Shown here in pieces: positions 11,650-26,501 of a stretch of 64,000 nucleotides of DNA. The notes under the pieces are model-generated. The model did not search any database. It saw nothing but the letters and a program-made list of their open reading frames with translations, and was not told where the DNA came from. Both the position numbers and the translations under genes were made by a program. Position 1 is the stretch's first letter; the number at the start of each line of letters is the position of its first letter. The stretch is taken from positions 7,626,001 to 7,690,000 of the forward strand of contig OZ024764.1 of the NCBI GenBank assembly GCA_964016885.1, read 5' to 3'. Source of the DNA: Eledone cirrhosa (Eukaryota).

Positions 11650-14600
11650 ATATGTGTATATACATGTATGTGTATGTTTGAAGTTGTGTCTATGTATGTA
11701 TGTGCAAGTATATGTATATATGTGTATGTGTATGTTTGAAGTTGTGTCTATGTATGTATGTGCAAGTATATGTGTATATGTGTATGTATATATGTGCATG
11801 TGTATGTTTGAAGTTGTGTCTATGTATGTATGTGCAAGTATATGTATATATGTGTATGTATATATGTGCATGTGTATGTTTGAAGTTGTGTCTATGTATG
11901 TATGTGCAAGTATATGTATATATGTGTATGTATATATGTGTATGTGTATGTTTGAAGTTGTGTCTATGTATGTATGTGCAAGTATATGTATATATGTGTA
12001 TGTATATACGTGCATGTGTATGTTTGAAGTTGTGTCTATGTATGTATGTGCAAGTATATGTATATATGTGTATGTATATATGTGCATGTGTATGTTTGAA
12101 GTTGTGTCTATGTATGTATGTGCAAGTATATGTATATATGTGTATGTATATATGTGTATGTGTATGTTTGAAGTTGTGTCTATGTATGTATGTGCAAGTA
12201 TATGTATATATGTGTATGTATATATGTGTATGTGTATGTTTGAAGTTGTGTCTATGTATGTATGTGCAAGTATATGTGTATATGTGTATGTATATATGTG
12301 CATGTGTATGTTTGAAGTTGTGTCTATGTATGTATGTGCAAGTATATGTATATATGTGTATGTATACATGTATGTGTATGTTTGAAGTTGTGTCTATGTA
12401 TGTATGTGCAAGTATATGTGTATATGTGTATGTATATATGTGCATGTGTATGTTTGAAGTTGTGTCTATGTATGTATGTGCAAGTATATGTGTATATGTG
12501 TATGTATATATGTGCATGTGTATGTTTGAAGTTGTGTCTATGTATGTATGTGCAAGTATATGTATATATGTGTATGTATACATGCATGTGTATGTTTGAA
12601 GTTGTGTCTATGTATGTATGTGCAAGTATATGTGTATATGTGTATGTATATATGTGTATGTGTATGTTTGAAGTTGTGTCTATGTATGTATGTGTAAGTA
12701 TATGTGTATATGTGTATGTATATATGTGCATGTGTATATTTGAAGTTGTGTCTATGTATGTATGTGCAAGTATATGTATATATGTGTATGTATATATGTG
12801 CATGTGTATGTTTGAAGTTGTGTCTATGTATGTATGTGCAAGTATATGTGTATATGTGTATGTATATATGTGCATGTGTATATTTGAAGTTGTGTCTATG
12901 TATGTATGTGCAAGTATATGTATATATGTGTATGTATACATGTATGTGTATGTTTGAAGTTGTGTCTATGTATGTATGTGCAAGTATATGTGTATATGAG
13001 TATGTATATATGTGCATGTGTATGTTTGAAGTTGTGTCTATGTATGTATGTGTAAGTATATGTATATATGTGTATGTATGTGCAAATATATGTATATATG
13101 TGTATGTATATATGTGTATGTGTATGTTTGAAGTTGTGTCTATGTATGTATGTGCAAGTATATGTATATATGTGTATGTATATATGTGTATGTGTATGTT
13201 TGAAGTTGTGTCTATGTATGTATGTGCAAATATATGTATATATGTGTATGTATATATGTGCATGTGTATGTTTGAAGTTGTGTCTATGTATGTATGTGCA
13301 AGTATATGTATATATGTGTATGTATATATGGGCATGTGTATGTTTGAAGTTGTGTCTATGTATGTATGTGCAAGTATATGTATATATGTGTATGTATATA
13401 TGTGTATGTGTATGTTTGAAGTTGTGTCTATGTATGTATGTGCAAATATATGTATATATGTGTATGTATATATGTGTATGTGTATGTTTGAAGTTGTGTC
13501 TATGTATGTATGTGCAAGTATATGTATATATGTGTATGTATATATGTGTATGTGTATGTTTGAAGTTGTGTCTATGTATGTATGTGCAAATATATGTATA
13601 TATGTGTATGTATATATGTGCATGTGTATGTTTGAAGTTGTGTCTATGTATGTATGTGCAAGTATATGTGTATATGTGTATGTATATATGTGCATGTGTA
13701 TATTTGAAGTTGTGTCTATGTATGTATGTGCAAGTATATGTATATATGTGTATGTATATATGTGCATGTGTATGTTTGAAGTTGTGTCTATGTATGTATG
13801 TGCAAGTATATGTGTATATGTGTATGTATATATGTGCATGTGTATATTTGAAGTTGTGTCTATGTATGTATGTGCAAGTATATGTATATATGTGTATGTA
13901 TACATGTATGTGTATGTTTGAAGTTGTGTCTATGTATGTATGTGCAAGTATATGTGTATATGAGTATGTATATATGTGCATGTGTATGTTTGAAGTTGTG
14001 TCTATGTATGTATGTGTAAGTATATGTATATATGTGTATGTATGTGCAAATATATGTATATATGTGTATGTATATATGTGTATGTGTATGTTTGAAGTTG
14101 TGTCTATGTATGTATGTGCAAGTATATGTATATATGTGTATGTATATATGTGTATGTGTATGTTTGAAGTTGTGTCTATGTATGTATGTGCAAATATATG
14201 TATATATGTGTATGTATATATGTGCATGTGTATGTTTGAAGTTGTGTCTATGTATGTATGTGCAAGTATATGTATATATGTGTATGTATATATGGGCATG
14301 TGTATGTTTGAAGTTGTGTCTATGTATGTATGTGCAAGTATATGTATATATGTGTATGTATATATGTGTATGTGTATGTTTGAAGTTGTGTCTATGTATG
14401 TATGTGCAAATATATGTATATATGTGTATGTATATATGTGTATGTGTATGTTTGAAGTTGTGTCTATGTATGTATGTGCAAGTATATGTATATATGTGTA
14501 TGTATATATGTGTATGTGTATGTTTGAAGTTGTGTCTATGTATGTATGTGCAAATATATGTATATATGTGTATGTATATATGTGCATGTGTATGTTTGAA

Positions 14601-16100
14601 GTTGTGTCTATGTATGTATGTGCAAGTATATGTATATATGTGTATGTATATATGTGTATGTGTATGTTTGAAGTTGTGTCTATGTATGTATGTGCAAGTA
14701 TATGTATATATGTGTATGTGTTGTATGTGCAAGTATATGTATATATGTGTATGTGTATGTTTGAAGTTGTGTCTATGTATGTATGTGCAAGTATATGTAT
14801 ATATGTGTATGTGTATGTTTGTAGTTGTGTCTATGTATGTATGTGCAAGTATATGTGTATACATGCATGTGTATGTTTGAAGTTGTGTCTATGTATGTAT
14901 GTGCAAGTATATGTGTATATGAGTATGTATATATGTGTATGTATATACGTGCATGTGTATGTTTGAAGTTGTGTCTATGTATGTATGTGCAAGTATATGT
15001 ATATATGTGTATGTATATACGTGCATGTGTATGTTTGAAGTTGTGTCTATGTATGTATGTGCAAGTATATGTATATATGTGTATGTATATATGTGCATGT
15101 GTATGTTTGAAGTTGTGTCTATGTATGTATGTGCAAGTATATGTATATATGTGTATGTGTATGTTTGAAGTTGTGTCTATGTATGTATGTGCAAGTATAT
15201 GTATATATGTGTATGTATATATGTGTATGTGTATGTTTGAAGTTGTGTCTATGTATGTATGTGCAAGTATATGTGTATATGTGTATGTATATATGTGTAT
15301 GTGTATGTTTGAAGTTGTGTCTATGTATGTATGTGCAAGTATATGTATATATGTGTATGTATATATGTGTATGTATATACGTGCATGTGTATGTTTGAAG
15401 TTGTGTCTATGTATGTATGTGCAAGTATATGTATATATGTGTATGTATATATGTGTATGTGTATGTTTGAAGTTGTGTCTATGTATGTATGTGCAAGTAT
15501 ATGTGTATATGTGTATGTATATATGTGTATGTGTATGTTTGAAGTTGTGTCTATGTATGTATGTGCAAGTATATGTATATATGTGTATGTATATATGTGT
15601 ATGTATATACGTGCATGTGTATGTTTGAAGTTGTGTCTATGTATGTATGTGCAAGTATATGTATATATGTGTATGTATATACGTGCATGTGTATGTTTGA
15701 AGTTGTGTCTATGTATGTATGTGCAAATATATGTATATATGTGTATGTATATATGTGTATGTGCATGTTTGAAGTTGTGTCTATGTATGTATGTGCAAGT
15801 ATATGTATATATGTGTATGTATATATGTGTATGTGTATGTTTGAAGTTGTGTCTATGTATGTATGTATGTGCAAGTATATGTATATATGTGTATGTATAT
15901 ATGTGCATGTGTATGTTTGAAGTTGTGTCTATGTATGTATGTGCAAGTATATGTATATATGTGTATGTATATACGTGCATGTGTATGTTTGAAGTTGTGT
16001 CTATGTATGTATGTGCAAGTATATGTATATATGTGTATGTGTATGTTTGAAGTTGTGTCTATGTATGTATGTGCAAGTATATGTGTATATGAGTATGAAT
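11650..16100. repeat. 72-bp minisatellite (~60 units)
   Basis: Unit TGTGTATGTTTGAAGTTGTGTCTATGTATGTATGTGCAAGTATATG(TA/TG)n recurring every 72 bp. Confidence 0.95.
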
Positions 16101-16101
16101 A

Positions 16102-16136
<35 letters not shown>

Positions 16137-16154
16137 GTACGTGTGTGTACTCAC

Positions 16155-16197
16155 CTGCCAATAAGAGCCAAGCCAAATATATTCCCCTCATTTGCAT
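16155..16197 (-). CDS. First coding exon (signal peptide) of unknown secreted protein
   Basis: Acceptor ttatttattcag|AT-ATG, donor GCAG|gtgagt; [14 protein letters not shown] + phase 1 joins exon 2 to complete a hydrophobic signal peptide. Confidence 0.72.
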
Positions 16198-16263
16198 ATC
16201 TGAATAAATAAATAAGTATAAAACATATTGTGGGTGTTACTGTCTTCTGTGTTACAACGTCTC

Positions 16264-16335
<72 letters not shown>

Positions 16336-16351
16336 TATATATATATATATA

Positions 16352-16392
<41 letters not shown>

Positions 16393-16613
16393 TAAAATAA
16401 CAGATTAAAGTTTAAGCAAAGAATCGCTGTACTTAGGGTTTGGCTATGTGTATACGGGAGTTTTGCGTCCGCGTGAGTGTGCAGGTTCGTACGTATGGTG
16501 GGTGTGTGTATATGTGTACTTCTTGTTTTAGTTGACTTACGTCTCCGAACATTCGTGTATTTATATGTAGGTATGCGTGTGCGCTTGTTATATACGTATT
16601 TATTTACTTATAT

Positions 16614-16945
16614 GGAGGCACATGGATTAGTGGTTAGAGCATTGGCCTTGCAATCAAAAGGTTGTGAGTTCAATTCTCAGACCTGGTGATGTGTTGTTAC
16701 CTTGAGCAGGACCCTTTATTTCACATTGCTCCAGTTTACTCAGCTGTAGAAATGAGATGATAGGGACTGGGGTCCCTATCATTCCACTCTAAAGTGGTCG
16801 TGGAGGTGCCACGGCAAAAAAGCACCCAGCACTCACTGTAAATGAGGTTGGTGTTAGGAAGGGCATCCAGCTGTAGAAATCAAGCCAGAATCAGTTCCCG
16901 TCCCACCCTTGCAAGCAGGGAAAAAGTGGACGTAAAATGAAATGA
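16614..16945 (+). mobile_element. tRNA-derived SINE family B with RTE-derived tail
   Basis: tRNA-like head, tail CCGTCCCACCCTTGCAAGCAGG..GGACGTAAAATGA; copies 17865-18016(-), 49325-49645(+), 52110-52443(-), 62605-62860(+). Confidence 0.8.
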
Positions 16946-17685
16946 AAATGAAATGATATACGTTTATATAATTATTTATTTATTTGTACACAAGCATACA
17001 CACACACACATATTTATATGTGCGTGGTGTTGTATACCCATGGTAAGGTTTTGCGTATGCTTGTGTATGTACGTATCTGTTTGCGTGTATGTATTTATTT
17101 GTTTCTATTACTTCTGTATTGTATTTATTTACTTTGTTCTTAACTCTGTAGCGGAGATTCATTTGGTCTCCTAGTTAGAATTTTAGTCTACGACTTCTGC
17201 TATACCATTTACGTGGTTTTGTCTTTGCGTGCTATTGTTCTCCACGCTCCACATATGACTTATTATCTTCGTTTTTTCATTCATTGCCAGAGAACGTCTC
17301 TATACACCACCTAAGAGAACATTAGTCTACGACCTCTTTTATACCATAAACGTGGTTTTGTCTTTGCGCGTAATTGTTTTTCACCGCTCCTATTAATGAC
17401 GTATTATTCGTTTTTTCCCGTTCTTTGCCAGCGAACGTTACCACGAACCAAAGTATCATCTTCCTGTCTTCCTCCGGTTGCAACGTTTTTTGAAATATCC
17501 AGTTCTACGTTTACAGATTGACTTTGTTAGTTTCAGAAGATCCCGTTAAGGGTGAAAGCAGCGATTCTTTGCTTAAACTTTAATCTGTTATTTTAATAAA
17601 TATTTGCTCTACGGTTCTTATATATTTGATATATATTTTCCTTATCGAGCCCTCTTTGGATTTTAGTCTTCAATTTTATTATTAT

Positions 17686-17733
<48 letters not shown>

Positions 17734-18016
17734 TTAATATAGATGAGATTCTACAGGAATACATACTCTGCTATGTATTGAGTACCTTACTTACTGTGGT
17801 TACCTCCGATTCAACCCGGAATAACGTACTATATATATATATATATATATGTGGAATGATATGGACCTATCATCTCATTTCTACAGCTGAGTAAACTGGA
17901 GCAATGTGAAATAAAGTGTCTTGCTCAAGGAAACAACACATCACCCAGTCTGAGAATTGAACTCACAACCTTTCGATTGCAAGGCCAATGCTCTAACCAC
18001 TAATCCATGTGCCTCC

Positions 18017-18077
<61 letters not shown>

Positions 18078-18346
18078 TACACACACACGCACACATATAT
18101 ATATATATTTATATATATATATATACGTTTGTATATGTATAATAAAGCCAAAACAATGCAGGTATGGAATAAAGAATGCAAATGCAAAAGATATTGTTGA
18201 CAATTAGTCTTTTACCTTAGATTTATTTAAATGTCCTTAATTTTCGAGATAATATCTTCGAGATAATATCTTCGGAGGGAAGTAAAGCGATTAAACCAGT
18301 GTTCTAAATAGCTTGCCAAGTCATGACTTGATAGATACATATACAT

Positions 18347-18390
<44 letters not shown>

Positions 18391-18464
18391 ATGAAAGGTA
18401 TAGAAACATTGTAGTGAAAAGCCAACAGTATTCCATAATATATAAGTGACTATAGCATATACAT

Positions 18465-18546
<82 letters not shown>

Positions 18547-18867
18547 GATTCACACAGAAAGATCAATATATAAAATGATTGAGAATAGATCAAATAGTTC
18601 GAGTTTCTACTTACTGGTCTGTAAGGCTGCTTCACTGCAAAGGTTCTCAACGACACTCTACTGCCTTGCTCTTATTATATATATATATACCCCCCCCCCC
18701 CCCACACACACACATACATACATGGCTGTGTAATATATACCCGCACACACACATACATGGGTGTATAATATATATAAGATATATATTATCATCATCACCA
18801 TTTTACGTTCCTTCTTCCACGCTAGCATATATATATATATATATATAAATATATGTATATGTATATG

Positions 18868-18928
<61 letters not shown>

Positions 18929-18967
18929 GTATGTATATATGTATATATATATGTAAATATATATATG

Positions 18968-19002
<35 letters not shown>

Positions 19003-19053
19003 GTATGTATATATATATATGTATATGTATATATATATATGTATATATATATG

Positions 19054-19095
<42 letters not shown>

Positions 19096-19154
19096 TATAT
19101 ACATATATATACACATATATATATATATATATATACATATATATACATATATAT

Positions 19155-19220
<66 letters not shown>

Positions 19221-19233
19221 ATATATATACATA

Positions 19234-19264
<31 letters not shown>

Positions 19265-20408
19265 ATATATATATGTATATATATATATATATATATGTAT
19301 ATGTATGTATCATGTATGTATGTGTATATGTAAATATATATGTAAAATGTATGTATGTGTATATATATATCAATATACATACATATATATACACATATTT
19401 ATATGTATATACACATATTTATATGTGTATACATACATACGCAAAATTATATATAGATTTATCCTTGACTGGCCGGTTGTAATTCCCACATTAGTTATAT
19501 ATATATATATATATATACACATATATACACACATATATATATATTATGTGAAATCCTACATAGTCTTTCCCAGGTGGAATATCATAAAAGTCCACCGCCA
19601 TCACCACCACTACCACCACCACCACACCACCACCACCGTCACTACCACCACCACCACCACCACCACCATCACCACCATCACCACCACCACCGTCACACCC
19701 ATACCACCACAACCACCACCACCGTCACACACATTGACACCACTACCACCACCACTACCACCACCACCACCACCACCACCACCACCAACAACAACAACAA
19801 CTTCATATATACATACAACTTGTCTAACTGGGTCACATGTGGAGGTGGTGGTGATGGTGGTGGTGGCGGTGGTGGTGGTAAGGATTGTTCAGGTGTCTGT
19901 GGAATATTCTGCCACTAGCACTATAACACAACATATATATACATATATATACATATATATATATATATGGTGGTGGCTGCCAACTCGTTTTCGAGTACGG
20001 CCACTACTTTATATCCATGTAGGAGAACCCCTACCGATGCGCTGAACGAGTGTGACTTTTTAGTCCAGCCAGCGACTTGAAAACTCTGGTACAAACACTA
20101 CACTTGTGACAATTATTGACACATAGTGCTGGGCCCATGGTACCATGTGACGACAAGTGCAGAGAGATCTCCAGATATAAAGCAATGCCTGTGCCGTGAA
20201 GCTTTTATAGTGAGCAAAGGCACTGCACAAAGCCAGTCCCACTCTCTTAACCAAGATGATATTTACCAAAAAGAAGAACAAGTCAACATCATTGGATACC
20301 ATCAGGGTTGCAGGTGTTATATCAGAGTTTTCCTTCTCCTAGAATTCTGCCTTGACAAAGGCTAAGGGGTCATCTCTCCCGGACATATACATACATACAT
20401 ACATACAT

Positions 20409-20471
<63 letters not shown>

Positions 20472-20835
20472 GGCATGTGGCTGAGTGGTTAGAGAATTGG
20501 ATTCGCAATTGTAAGGTTGTGAGTTCGATTCCTGGACCAGGCGATGCGTTATGTCCTTGAGCAAGACACTTTATTTCACGTTGCTCCTTCTACCTGGAGT
20601 TGCGACCGATAGATAGTATTAGCAATTGGAAAGACAAACGGAAACATTGTTTCCTCGGTCCGATTTGACGAAAGTCGATCGTTCCTTTATGTATATATAT
20701 ATATATATATACATAAATATATATCCAGGGGATGTAACTTGGAGTTACTGCAGGTTCACCCGGAAGAGCACTCAATGTTTAGGTTCACTCCTGTGATGAG
20801 GTGTAGAGCTATACAGAGTATATTATAGTGAAAAG

Positions 20836-21127
20836 ATAACAAGGATGATTGGTTACTCCTTCATTACATTTATTGGTTGGTGACACGTGTTTCACCACTG
20901 ATCAGCTCAAGGTTCGATCTGTATCGATCTTACCCGACTCAATAATCGGCAGCTCGGCGGACCCTTTAAAATGGTATAAGATCTTATGCCATTTTAAAGG
21001 GTCCGTCGAGCTGCCGATCATTGAGTCGGGTAAGATCGATACAGATCGAACCTTGAGCTGATCAGTGGTGAAACACGTGTCACCAACCAATAAATGTAAT
21101 GAAGGAGTAATCAATCATCCTTGTTAT
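20836..21127. repeat. Near-perfect ~290-bp palindrome with no spacer
   Basis: Arms mirror around ATAAGATCTTAT (~20981); each end has GAAAC-ACGT-GTC (hammerhead 3' half). Confidence 0.9.
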
Positions 21128-21194
21128 TTTTTCAATATATATACATATATATATATATATATGTGTATATATATGTATATATATGTATATATAT

Positions 21195-21240
<46 letters not shown>

Positions 21241-22379
21241 ATTTATATATATATGTATTTATATATATATATATATGTATTTATATATATATATATTTAT
21301 ATATATTTATATATATATATATAGTAATTGGGCAACCAAGGCAAATTTTGGTGCACTTTCATCAGATAAAATACAAAATATGTTTTATAAATGTTGACAT
21401 ACCCGCCAAAGAACAACCTTGACCGTTGGAGGTTCGCTGGATAGTGGAAAAATGTTATTGAGGGTGATTCGAAGTTATGTGTGGTGTATGCAAATTAATG
21501 TCCGAAAAAATTGAAAAAAACAACGGTTTATTTAAATTTTACTGTTGGACGAAGAGAGGGAGAGAGAGAAAAACCAATTTGTTGAGTGCTTTATATCAGT
21601 TATAAAACTTTTAAGTTTGTTGAATTCCAACAAATTAAATATAACCTTTGTATATATATATATATATATTTGCTCTAGGGTTCTTATATATTTGATATAT
21701 ATTTATCCTTATCGAGCCCTCTTTGGATTTTAGTCTTCAAATTTATTATTATTACTATATATATATATATATGTATATACATATATATAGTTATACACAT
21801 ATATATATATGTGGTTGGTGTTAGGAAGGGCATCCAACTGTAGAAAACCTGCCAGACAGTCCTATGCGAGCAAGACAATCACTCTTGCCCCAAGTGGGAC
21901 TACCCCCGTCCAAACCCATGCAAGCGTGGAACACGGACGTTAAACGTTGATGATGATGATGATGATGATGATATATATATATATATAACAAAGGAATTGT
22001 GGTAAGGAACCAAATGGACCATAACGCACCAGATAATGGTTTCTCATAATATAATTGTTTCTACTTAAGGCACAAGGCCAGTAATTACCCAGTGCATTAC
22101 TGGTACTTTATTTTATTGACCCCCCCCCCCGCAAGGATGAAAGGCAAAGTCAACCTCGGTGGGATTTGAACTCAGATCGTAAAGGGACGTAACTATGCTG
22201 GAAAGCATGGCGTCTGACCCTCTACCGATACTGCCAATTGCCAATCCACAATACCAGTCAAGTACTGAGGTCGATACTTCCTCAGTATTTCTTTCGCACT
22301 CTCTATCCTTCTCTGGAAGAAATCTGCTGTATTCTAGCCTGGAGATGAGTTGAGCTCCACCTGGTTTCAAAAATGCCCT

Positions 22380-22612
22380 AGAAACGTCGTATGTCACTAC
22401 AGAGCGCCTATGGTGCCGCTACGACTCCATCAGGAGTTACGGGATTATACAATAACTAAACTGAGGTCGGAGAACAGACGAAAGTGTAGATAACAAAAAG
22501 CGACACTGCTAAACGAAAAACGAAACTGAATTTGAACAGCGATGATATTAGAGTGATCTCCCCCTGTTTGCCTTTCAGCTCCGGAAGACAAGGAAGGTCA
22601 CTAGCCGAGCAC
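22380..22612 (+). promoter_or_regulatory. Putative promoter and non-coding first exon for the SDHAF1/TAMM41 unit
   Basis: CpG-containing segment, not repeated in this window, ending in strong donor CAC|GTAAGT (GT 22613-22614); nearest downstream acceptor leading into a CDS is at 29355. Confidence 0.45.
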
Positions 22613-22785
22613 GTAAGTTCACTCTGTTATTGTTTTAATCCGTGTTTATATATATATATATGAAAAAATGGGGAGAAGAATATATATATATATATTAACG
22701 TGTACATACGTGTATATATATGTACATAATATTTACGTAGTGAGCACCTATTCTTTCGCGATTGTAATCCCTTACTATATATATT

Positions 22786-22843
<58 letters not shown>

Positions 22844-23032
22844 ATATAACGAAGGAAATGTGGTAAGGAACCAGGTGGACCATAACGCACCAAAGTACTC
22901 AAAACTTAGGGTAGTAGAGTGGGTAATAGGAACGAGTAGCACCCCGACGGCTGAGCTCAAGCCGTTTCGACGGCTAAGTACAGAATTAGCCGTCGAAACG
23001 GCTTGAGCTCAGCCGTCGGGGTGCTACTCGTT

Positions 23033-23082
<50 letters not shown>

Positions 23083-23124
23083 CGATATATTAACAAATGG
23101 AAACTTTATTTATAAAACCATATT

Positions 23125-23189
23125 TATTTCATTATACATATTTCAAGGACACCAAGTCAAATTATGGTGCGCTTTCATCAGATAAAATA
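23125..23189 (-). ncRNA. Minimal hammerhead ribozyme (same family as 9894 and 28849)
   Basis: Reverse complement TATTTTAT-CTGATGA-AAGCGCACCA...TGGTGTCCTT-GAAA-TATGTA-TA-ATGAAATA. Confidence 0.78.
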
Positions 23190-23395
23190 TAATATAGATG
23201 AGTTTTATAAATAAATATTGACATACCGTTAAAGAATGCGACCATTTCTGTTGGAAGCTCCCGGATAGTGGGGTTATTAAATTTATTTAGTCTATTATGC
23301 AAATTAGTGTCGGATATGTTTAAATTTGTTGAGTGCTTTATATCAGTTATAAAAATATTTGCTTGTTGTATCCCAACAATTTAAATATAAGTTCT

Positions 23396-23451
<56 letters not shown>

Positions 23452-23634
23452 GTGCGTGTGTGTACACACATACATATCTGTAGGCATGCATGTAAATATG
23501 TATATGTACGTGTATATATATATGTGTTTAACAGCATGTACGTAAACAATGACTTGTCATAAAACGATCGGTGTCTCCATTGAATTGGTTGGCCCTGGGT
23601 GTGGAAAAGTATGCTTGAGTAAATCTGAACTCGA

Positions 23635-24570
23635 GAGCCATTTTCAGACTAGTCGCAGCCATTTTCAGAGTAGTCGCAGCCATTTTCAGACTAGTCGCAG
23701 CCATTTTCAGACTAGTCGCAGCCATTTTCAGACTAGTCGCAGCCATTTTCAGACTAGTCGCAGCCATTTTCAGACTAGTCGCAGCCATTTTCAGAGTAGT
23801 CGCAGCCATTTTCAGACTAGTCGCAGCCATTTTCAGACTAGCCGCAGCCATTTTCAGAGTAGCCGCAGCCATTTTCAGAGTAGTCGCAGCCATTTTCAGA
23901 GTAGTAGCAGCCATTTTCAGAGTAGTAGCAGCCATTTTCAGAGTAGTAGCAGCCATTTTCAGACTAGTCGCAGCCATTTTCAGACTAGTCGCAGCCATTT
24001 TCAGAGTAGTCGCAGCCATTTTCAGAGTAGTCGCAGCCATTTTCAGAGTAGTAGCAGCCATTTTCAGAGTAGTAGCAGCCATTTTCAGAGTAGTAGCAGC
24101 CATTTTCAGACTAGTCGCAGCCATATTCAGAGTAGTGGCAGCCATTTTCAGAGTAGTCGCAGCCATTTTCAGAGTAGCCGCAGCCATTTTCAGAGTAGTC
24201 GCAGCCATTTTCAGAGTAGTCGCAGCCATTTTCAGAGTAGTCGCAGCCATTTTCAGAGTAGTCGCAGCCATTTTCAGAGTAGTAGCAGCCATTTTCAGAG
24301 TAGTAGCAGCCATTTTCAGAATAGTCGCAGCCATTTTCAGAGTAGTCGCAGCCATTTTCAGAGTAGTCGCAGCCATTTTCAGAGTAGTAGCAGCCATTTT
24401 CAGAGTAGTAGCAGCCATTTTCAGAATAGTCGCAGCCATTTTCAGAGTAGTCGCAGCCATTTTCAGACTAGTCGCAGCCATTTTCAGACTAGTCGCAGCC
24501 ATTTTCAGAGTAGTCGCAGCCATTTTCAGAGTAGTCGCAGCCATTTTCAGAGTAGTCGCAGCCATATTCA
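23635..24570. repeat. 21-bp tandem array (~44 units) inside a zinc-finger LINE remnant
   Basis: Unit AGCCATTTTCAGA(G/C)TAGTCGC; flanked by GCGKVC..LESH and CNECGKEC...H. Confidence 0.95.
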
Positions 24571-24957
24571 GAGAGAACCAGTGAACTGTGATCTCTACGG
24601 TATTGCAAGATGTAATGAATGTGGCAAAGAATGTCAATCTGTGGCAGGACTGAAGTGGCATGTGAAGGTTCACAGGCAACCTGATGCAAGACCTGGGGCC
24701 AGGGAGATCCATAGTTGTCGTCAATGTGAGGAGTACAAGTCTCTAGTAGGCTTGAAAAGCCATATCCGAGCGTCACACATGTGAATTTGACAAGCTATTG
24801 CAATACTCTTAGCAGAGTGTTCAGCCATCATATATATATATAAATATATATATAAATTAGACTTATCGTCCCCTACTTTTGCTCTTTACTCTCTTTACTC
24901 TTTGTTCTTGAATGTTTGATTGGTAGAGTCCATAACACCAATCAAACCCCTTTTATA

Positions 24958-25002
24958 GCTCTGACGAATCCTACGGTTACGTAAGGAAGAAACATTGTAA
25001 GC
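24958..25002 (+). ncRNA. Minimal hammerhead ribozyme
   Basis: GCT-CTGACGA-ATCCTACG GTTA CGTAAGGAA-GAAAC-ATT-GTA-AGC. Confidence 0.72.
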
Positions 25003-25043
25003 CAATAAAAATCTTTTGATGTTGTAGACGCTCTTGTGTTCTT

Positions 25044-25079
<36 letters not shown>

Positions 25080-25221
25080 GTATCCAAAATTAAGATAAAT
25101 TAAATGAATTTAATCTAAATCAAAATTATGGGTGTCATGCCATAACGGCATGCGCCATATCACCCGGAAAATAAGCTCAAAGATTCTATCGAGTAGGTCC
25201 GAGCATTTTATAATAACTTAT

Positions 25222-25263
<42 letters not shown>

Positions 25264-26501
25264 TGTGTATAACAATTCAACAACAAAATAGGAGGATGTT
25301 TGGACGGGAGTTTTCCCACTTGAGGCAAGATTTGTTGTCTTGCTCGCATAGGACTGTCTGGCGGGTTTTCTACGGCTGGATGCCCTTCCTAACACCAACC
25401 ACGTTTACAGTGTGGGGCTGGGAGGTTTTTACCTTGTTACCTACACGGCCACATTACAGCGTGGACTATGTGTTTTTTTTGTCGTGACACCTACACGACC
25501 TCATTTGTTTCGGACTGGATGTTGTGGTACCAACATAACTTCACATTTAAGGGGGATGGGGTGGGGGTAGTGGGACGGGGGGTGTATTTTGTTAGAGGTG
25601 CCTACTGACTGTAGGTTTCGCTTTGTACTTAGGCAAGGCGGGTCTTCTGTATTACTGTGTAGCGCCAAAGATCTCGGTCCAGTGACATTGTCTTGGAGAG
25701 GTGTAAGTGTGTGAGGTCTGAATTTATCAAGTCGTCCCAGGTTTTTCTGGGTCTGCCTACTCCGTGGCTACCGTCTATTTTTATCGCCCTGCACTTTTTT
25801 ATACAGCTGTCGTCTTTCATGCGCATCACCTGACCATACCAACGTAGTCTTCTTTCGAGTAAACAACATCTGATCCCTCTTATTCCTAATTTCTCCCTTA
25901 GTTCATTTATGCTTTACCGTTCACATAAATATATATATATATATATTTATTAAAATAACAGATTAAAGTTTAAGCAAAGAATCGCTGCTTTCACCCTTAA
26001 CGAGATCTTCTGAAACTAAAAAAGTCAATCTGTGAATGCAGAAGTAAATATTCCAAAAAACGTTATATATATATATAACTATTTCCTTTCTATAGGACAT
26101 ACGTCCCATGGTCCGCAAATATAATGCCAACTACCAGCTCGTATGAGTTATGGCCGTTAAAGTGACCCACATGTGACCCGGCCGCTAGAGCAAGCAGGAA
26201 TATTACAGACTTGTTGATGGCTTGGCTGCTAAAAAAATAGGAGTAAGCAACAACAAATTTTTTCTCTACATAGATTGGAGAATGTATAAAAATGAGGTAA
26301 ATATCTCACTGAGTACTAAGTACCCATAGAGATATGTAGGGTGTCTATAATATAATTGTTGTTCTTTGGTACTAATTCGAGATACCAGAACTATAAAAAT
26401 TGATGATATTATAGACACCCTATATATCTCTATGGGTACTTAGTGAGATATTTACCTCATTTATATATAGGTATATATAGGGTATATATATGTGTATATA
26501 T

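Noticed and set aside
11156-16050. Long ORFs (up to 632 aa) rich in Y/I/M/C/V/H/T
   Set aside because: Translations of the 72-bp minisatellite and TA/CA repeats; no coding features
17528-17572. Possible hammerhead (CAGAAGA...GAAA)
   Set aside because: Core deviates and I could not form helices I and III convincingly
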